From: a virus
Lineage: Duplodnaviria; Heunggongvirae; Uroviricota; Caudoviricetes
Strand: one strand, 5' to 3'
IMG/VR virus record: IMGVR_UViG_2537562220_000015
Length of the DNA stretch: 12,078 nucleotides
Below, in pieces: positions 8,322 through 12,078 of this stretch. Position numbers and translations under genes: made by a program. Positions within the stretch are counted from its first letter, which is position 1. The number at the start of each line of letters is the position of its first letter. The notes below the pieces were generated by a model, which saw nothing but the letters and a program-made list of their open reading frames with translations, did not search any database and had not been told where the DNA came from.

Positions 8322-8538
8322 ACCAACCCCCTTTAGCGTTGTTTAGAATGGCAATCATCATATATCCAAGACATGGCATTTGGTACATAGCTTGGGTCGG
8401 GATTTCAAATCCGATCCCCGTTGATGGGGCCGTTACAGTACGCGCATATCCGCTTTATGTGAAACAGGAAGATTTTTCTGATATCACTGCCACAGCAAAA
8501 CACCAATTTCGTGACCAGTACGCGCGCGAGGGGTATCA

Positions 8539-8557
8539 GTTGCAAAAATTTTGCAAC
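8539..8557. promoter_or_regulatory. Near-perfect palindrome GTTGCAAAA-A-TTTTGCAAC (9-bp arms around one central base); candidate operator
   Basis: Read directly from the sequence. It is flanked on both sides by copies of the GACCAGTACGC(G/A)C(G/A)CG motif (8513-8528 and 8565-8580). Confidence 0.3.
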
Positions 8558-9066
8558 TACGTCCGACCAGTACGCACACGATGGCGGGGGATACCATGAA
8601 ACTGTTCTCTACACGAGACAGAGTGGTGGTGATGTGTTGATTATCGGCGTATATGCGCACAGGACGCGCTATGACGATGTTTTATGCGGGTACACCAATC
8701 ACATGTATCTGATGTGATAAATCGTGTTACATGACATCTCATGTTGTGCTGGTGGTTATCACGACGTTCTGAATCTGGCCTTTGCCTGATATTTTGCGAC
8801 AAGTACGCGCGCGTAGCATCGAAATTATCGGATGGCGTATGCTGCTGGCAATATGAAGACCGATAGTATTAACCGAAAAGCGATTAAGGAGTGCCAACTT
8901 TTCAGTAGAGAAACTAGCCAGCATAGGAAAATGTAGAAATTACCCAATTAATAGGTAAAAGTTATTGACACAGCCTGTAGTGGATAACGATATGAATAAA
9001 AACCACATATAGTGGTTTTTCGTGAGTGATGATAGTATCTATGTTAGTTTCCTAAGTAACTGTGCA

Positions 9067-9095
9067 TTGACATGTGGATAACTTCGGATAGAGTT
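9067..9095 (+). promoter_or_regulatory. Putative sigma70 promoter for the Abi_2 gene (TTGACA-N16/17-TAGAGT) with an embedded DnaA-box-like TGTGGATAA
   Basis: TTGACA at 9067-9072 and TAGAGT-like -10 around 9089-9095. TGTGGATAA (9073-9081) is the exact complement of the DnaA box consensus TTATNCACA. A similar TTGACA...GTGGATAAC module recurs at 8965-8988. Confidence 0.25.
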
Positions 9096-9190
9096 ACAGG
9101 CAACCGAGCCCGATCCTCTGTTTCTCCGCCGCCGATTTTAGGCATGTGAGTTTCACGGTCGGGCCTTTTATTATCTTTTGTTTCGCCACT

Positions 9191-10168
9191 ATGATTGCCG
9201 CAAAGCCTCATAAGGACTATCACGAATTGCTAGGATTGCTACTTGAACGTGGCATGATTATCAATGATCGAAATCGTGCGATACGTAAGCTGTCGCAGGT
9301 TGGATATTATCGATTGTCAGGTTTTTGGTACCCATCAAGAATTATTGCGACAACAGATAAAGGTCTTTCGTACAGAACAGACCGATTTCTTGCTGGTACC
9401 AGTTTCGAGAAGACGTACGATCTATATCTTTTTGACAAAAAACTGCGTCTTTTGATGATTGATGCTATCGAAAGAATAGAGATTCATGTTCGTTCAGTCA
9501 TCGCGCATGAGGTTGGTCGCAATGATCCACTTGCCTACATGTCATCAAAATACATTAATCCAAAATTCTCATCTGCCTTCGAGCATTGGGTGTATAAGCA
9601 AAAAGTAAAATTAGACGAAAGCAGAGATGACTGTATTGAATGGCATCGAAGCCAAGGCAAGGAGATTCCATTTTGGGTGGCGGTGGAGACCTGGGATTTT
9701 GGTCAGATGTCTAAATATTATGCGATGCTTAATGGTCATATGCATGGGAAAATTATACGTCGTTTTGGCATTGATAATAAGCAGACATTTGCAAAATGGT
9801 TGAAGTGCCTTAATCTCATAAGGAATCGTTGCGCTCACCATTCCAGAATATGGAATAGAAAGCATCCCCGAGTTCCAGTACCGGATAATGAATACTTTGA
9901 CGGACTTAATCTCCATCCAGAGAGTTGCGAGAGGATTTTTAGCGCGATCTGTATTATCTGGTACTTAGTTAAACGACTTGGTCCGGGATCAACATGGCTT
10001 CGGCAAATTGCAGACCTTATTGACTCTAAACCAAATGTTCCCGGATGTGGATATGATTCAATGGGTTTACCTGCTAAAGGATTCCCACGAGAGAGATTCT
10101 CTCAGGACTTAGGTTTTGTTATCGCCGACAACGACCCTGTAGCTGAAGGGCGGAAAGGGAGCGATTGA
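9191..10168 (+). CDS. Abi_2 family (AbiD/AbiF-like) abortive-infection protein with a HEPN-type Rx4H motif
   Basis: Contains NLIRNRCAHHSRIWNRK, the conserved Abi_2/HEPN signature as I recall it (R-x4-H within RNRCAH). The N-terminal region KDYHELLGLLLERGMIINDRNRAIRKLSQVGYYRLSGFWYP matches the AbiD-family N-terminal pattern. I prefer the ATG at 9191 (MIAAKPHKDY...) over the longer track ORF starting at 9146, whose 15 extra residues are hydrophobic and not family-like. Neither start has a clear SD. Confidence 0.7.
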   Translation: MIAAKPHKDYHELLGLLLERGMIINDRNRAIRKLSQVGYYRLSGFWYPSRIIATTDKGLSYRTDRFLAGTSFEKTYDLYLFDKKLRLLMIDAIERIEIHVRSVIAHEVGRNDPLAYMSSKYINPKFSSAFEHWVYKQKVKLDESRDDCIEWHRSQGKEIPFWVAVETWDFGQMSKYYAMLNGHMHGKIIRRFGIDNKQTFAKWLKCLNLIRNRCAHHSRIWNRKHPRVPVPDNEYFDGLNLHPESCERIFSAICIIWYLVKRLGPGSTWLRQIADLIDSKPNVPGCGYDSMGLPAKGFPRERFSQDLGFVIADNDPVAEGRKGSD

Positions 10169-10197
10169 GCGATAAATATCATTTATACACTGATCAA

Positions 10198-10638
10198 TTA
10201 CTGAAGCAGCGTATTGATTCTTTTAATATTGTTACCCTGACGCTTCCACGCGCTGTAAATGTCTTTATCCCACGCTTTACCAGCTTTTGTTTGGTAGCCT
10301 GCTTCATTGAGCCGTTCCGCTATCACACGCCCATTATCAAATCCCTGTCGGATGGTATCGGCAATGATCTTTATAACTGCCGTTTCGTTATATGGCTTTG
10401 GTGGGATGTTCGGCTTTCCGGCAATAAGCGACGCAGCGGCTTTTTCCATGCGCTCCACCAGCCCAAGCATTCGTGAATCAATAGACTTTTCCGGCTGTCC
10501 CAGCTTCATGCGAATCGCATCAACAAGCCAGGAGGTTTTATCCCCTCCAGAAGCGAGAACAGACCGATTAAACTCATCCTGCAATTCAGATGGGATGCGG
10601 AACGCGACCAGATTAGATTTGCTCATTGCAAAGACCAT
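10198..10638 (-). CDS. Ribbon-helix-helix (Arc/Mnt-like) transcriptional regulator with a C-terminal extension
   Basis: The N-terminus LVAFRIPSELQDEFNRSVLASGGDKTSWLVDAIRMKL follows the Arc/Mnt RHH pattern (beta-strand, helix, G-containing turn, helix). The ~90-residue C-terminal extension contains a GYQTKAGKAWDKDIY segment reminiscent of recombinase/regulator DNA-binding modules. It is convergent with the Abi_2 gene (29-bp gap). Confidence 0.6.
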   Translation of the reverse strand: MVFAMSKSNLVAFRIPSELQDEFNRSVLASGGDKTSWLVDAIRMKLGQPEKSIDSRMLGLVERMEKAAASLIAGKPNIPPKPYNETAVIKIIADTIRQGFDNGRVIAERLNEAGYQTKAGKAWDKDIYSAWKRQGNNIKRINTLLQ

Positions 10639-10657
10639 ATCAGTGAGTAATATCCAT

Positions 10658-10687
10658 ACAGTATACCACTGTATAACACTGTTATAC
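10658..10687. promoter_or_regulatory. Three tandem ~10-bp repeats (ACAGTATACC / ACTGTATAAC / ACTGTTATAC) in the promoter region of the RHH gene; candidate autoregulatory operator
   Basis: Read directly from the sequence, 20-50 bp upstream of the RHH start. RHH repressors typically bind tandem or inverted short repeats. Confidence 0.35.
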
Positions 10688-10740
10688 GCTCAAATATCAG
10701 CCAGAAAATAACGGACCAATCACAAAGCTATCGCTGTGTT

Positions 10741-10868
10741 GTTGGTTCAGAGCTGGGCTGTGTTGGTTCAAAATGAGTTGATGTTGGTTCAATATTTCAG
10801 AAAAAACACAATAAAAACAACGATCTTTACAAATTGAACCAACTGAACCAACTGAACCAACACCTTTT
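10741..10868. repeat. Iteron cluster 2: three spaced GTTGGTTCA copies (10741-10749, 10762-10770, 10783-10791), AT-rich spacer, three tandem TGAACCAAC copies (10835-10861). Region 10825-10868 is the exact reverse complement of 2286-2329
   Basis: Direct comparison: the reverse complement of 10825-10868 is aaaaggtgttggttcagttggttcagttggttcaatttgtaaag, identical to 2286-2329 (44/44). The whole cluster is organised as the mirror image of cluster 1. Confidence 0.75.
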
Positions 10869-10897
10869 TGCTTATCTATATAATCTGAGAGGCAGAA

Positions 10898-11185
10898 ATG
10901 ATAAGGGACAGGAAAGCTGAAGAACTGGAGTCAAAAGGGCTATACCGGAGAGCTGCCGCACGATGGGCAGAAGTCATGATGCTGGCAGATGGCGATAAAG
11001 AACGTGAACATGCAGCAAACAGACGCTCTGAATGTATCCGTAAGGCGGCACGCCCACCAGCAACTACAGACAGATTCGGAGATTTAAGACAGGCAGTTAA
11101 GCGGACTCATTCGGCTCTTGGTATGGATGAGGAAGCGAGAGGGTATTTCAGGCGTTATCGCGATAAAGATTGCCAGAGACAGTAA
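10898..11185 (+). CDS. PerC-family transcriptional regulator (PerC/Pch-like)
   Basis: 95-aa ORF with an SD (GAGAGG) 5-8 nt upstream. MIRDRKAEELESKGLYRRAAARWAEVM... resembles the N-terminal signature of PerC/Pch activators of EPEC/EHEC (a conserved ...ELE.KGL(Y/W)RRAA.RW.(E/D)VM motif, from memory). Confidence 0.6.
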   Translation: MIRDRKAEELESKGLYRRAAARWAEVMMLADGDKEREHAANRRSECIRKAARPPATTDRFGDLRQAVKRTHSALGMDEEARGYFRRYRDKDCQRQ

Positions 11186-11258
11186 TGCTCTCTCTGTTTT
11201 GGCAAATTACCCCTCACTTTGAAGGGATCGGAGCTATAAAAATGGTGTTATCCGGCTT

Positions 11259-11276
11259 CCTGCATTGCAGGTTTTC
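11259..11276 (+). terminator. Weak candidate intrinsic terminator downstream of the PerC-like gene
   Basis: Short hairpin CCTGC-att-GCAGG followed by TTTT (11272-11275). The stem is short, so this is tentative. Confidence 0.25.
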
Positions 11277-11667
11277 GAAAGAATCAATGGGTTAGGTTAT
11301 CGTGCAAATTTGCACTCTGCCAGCCAACGCAATTTCTCGTTGGCGGAAATATCAGGTATTTACTGAACGAACGGTCTACCCGCCTGTTCAACTACCAGTT
11401 GTACATGGCTGCTTTATGTGCAAATGGTGGTGAGAGAAAATTGTTTGGGGGTACTTTTGGGGGTATCTCCAAAGATGTAACTGGAAAATGTCTTTATATA
11501 TCAATGTATTTTTATTGTTTGTTTTGTTCCTATTATCGCCATTAAAATCAAAGAGTTACCCCATATTTAAATACACCACGTTTCCTCCTGTGCCGTATTT
11601 GTGCCATTGTAACCTTGGCAATTCATCAAAATACTGTTCTGACATCAGGCAGTGCAGGTGCAGACAT

Positions 11668-12078
11668 TTAAGCCAATTGCTGCCGCCATTCTTTGACGTA
11701 GTCAATCAGGGCGCGGAGCTTTGGTGCAATATTGCGACGCTGTGGGAAATACAGATAGAAGCCCGGAAATTGTGGAAGAAAGTCATCAAGCAGCGATACA
11801 AGCTTACCGCTTTCAATATATGGCCTGAAAGTTTCCTGAGTGGCAATTGTTATTCCTCCGCCGGCAAGAGCCAGCCTCAACATCAGACGCAGATCATTAG
11901 TCGTAATCTGCGGTTCAATCGCAAGGTCGAAAGTTCTCCCGTTTTCTTCAAATGGCCAGCGATAAGGCGCAACCTCCGGGGACTGACGCCAGCCGATACA
12001 CTTATGGGTATTTCCCCCGGAGGCGAGAAAGCGCTCTCCACGCCCGGCCGCAAGGATCAGGACGACGGGGGCAGGCAT
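11668..12078 (-). CDS. LysR-family transcriptional regulator, C-terminal substrate-binding portion (gene starts beyond the window end)
   Basis: ...FDLAIEPQITTNDLRLMLRLALAGGGITIATQETFRPYIESGKLVSLLDDFLPQFPGFYLYFPQRRNIAPKLRALIDYVKEW is a typical LysR C-terminal effector-domain pattern. The Met at the window edge is probably internal. It is likely a chromosomal core gene at the island boundary. Confidence 0.6.
   Translation of the reverse strand: MPAPVVLILAAGRGERFLASGGNTHKCIGWRQSPEVAPYRWPFEENGRTFDLAIEPQITTNDLRLMLRLALAGGGITIATQETFRPYIESGKLVSLLDDFLPQFPGFYLYFPQRRNIAPKLRALIDYVKEWRQQLA

Noticed and set aside
8380-8430. tRNA-like hairpin (GGATTTCAAATCC, and CCCCGTTGATGGGG) suggesting a tRNA fragment or attachment site
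   Set aside because: I could not fold it into a T-arm/acceptor arrangement; the loop sizes are wrong and there is no CCA-proximal acceptor stem. It is more likely a simple hairpin.
8339-8924. Track ORFs 8339-8599 (+), 8511-8717 (+) and 8739-8924 (-) in the repeat-rich intergenic region
   Set aside because: No SD sequences, and the translations are dominated by the repeated motif and palindrome. I treat the region as non-coding/regulatory.
9146-9190. Longer start for the Abi_2 gene (ATG at 9146, giving MSFTVGPFIIFCFATMIAA...)
   Set aside because: The extra 15 residues are hydrophobic and unlike Abi_2 N-termini, and the spacing from the only upstream AGG is too short. I favour 9191 but cannot exclude 9146.
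10165-10711. Track ORFs 10165-10476 (+) and 10307-10711 (+)
   Set aside because: They are antisense to the RHH regulator gene, whose product has a recognisable fold pattern, and lack start signals.

Overview
The window looks like a mosaic prophage/satellite-type genomic island of an enterobacterial (E. coli-like) genome, with an IS186 copy at the left edge and the 3' end of a LysR-family core gene at the right edge. All calls come from reading the sequence and the ORF track; no database search was run. Left to right: (1) the N-terminal third of the IS186 transposase (minus strand, 1-348) and its terminal inverted repeat (381-403); (2) a Walker-A-containing primase/helicase-like ORF (495-2267) whose frame stays open back to the IS boundary, so it is probably an IS-disrupted gene; (3) an iteron cluster (2286-2403), an unexplained ~320-bp non-coding stretch and a strong intrinsic terminator (2724-2757); (4) a translationally coupled operon of a small ORF plus four genes resembling the P22-type gp14/gp7/gp20/gp16 ejection-protein set (2852-7688); (5) a convergent, strikingly AT-rich multi-pass membrane protein gene (7707-8321); (6) an ~800-bp non-coding region with a recurring 16-bp motif and DnaA-box-like sites; (7) an Abi_2 (AbiD/AbiF-like) HEPN-motif gene (9191-10168) convergent with a ribbon-helix-helix regulator gene (10198-10638); (8) a second iteron cluster (10741-10868) forming a perfect 44-bp inverted repeat with the first; (9) a PerC-family regulator gene (10898-11185). 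The most interesting candidate is the ~8.5-kb segment bracketed by the inverted iteron repeats, which carries orphan ejection-protein genes next to a membrane protein/HEPN/RHH defence-like cluster.
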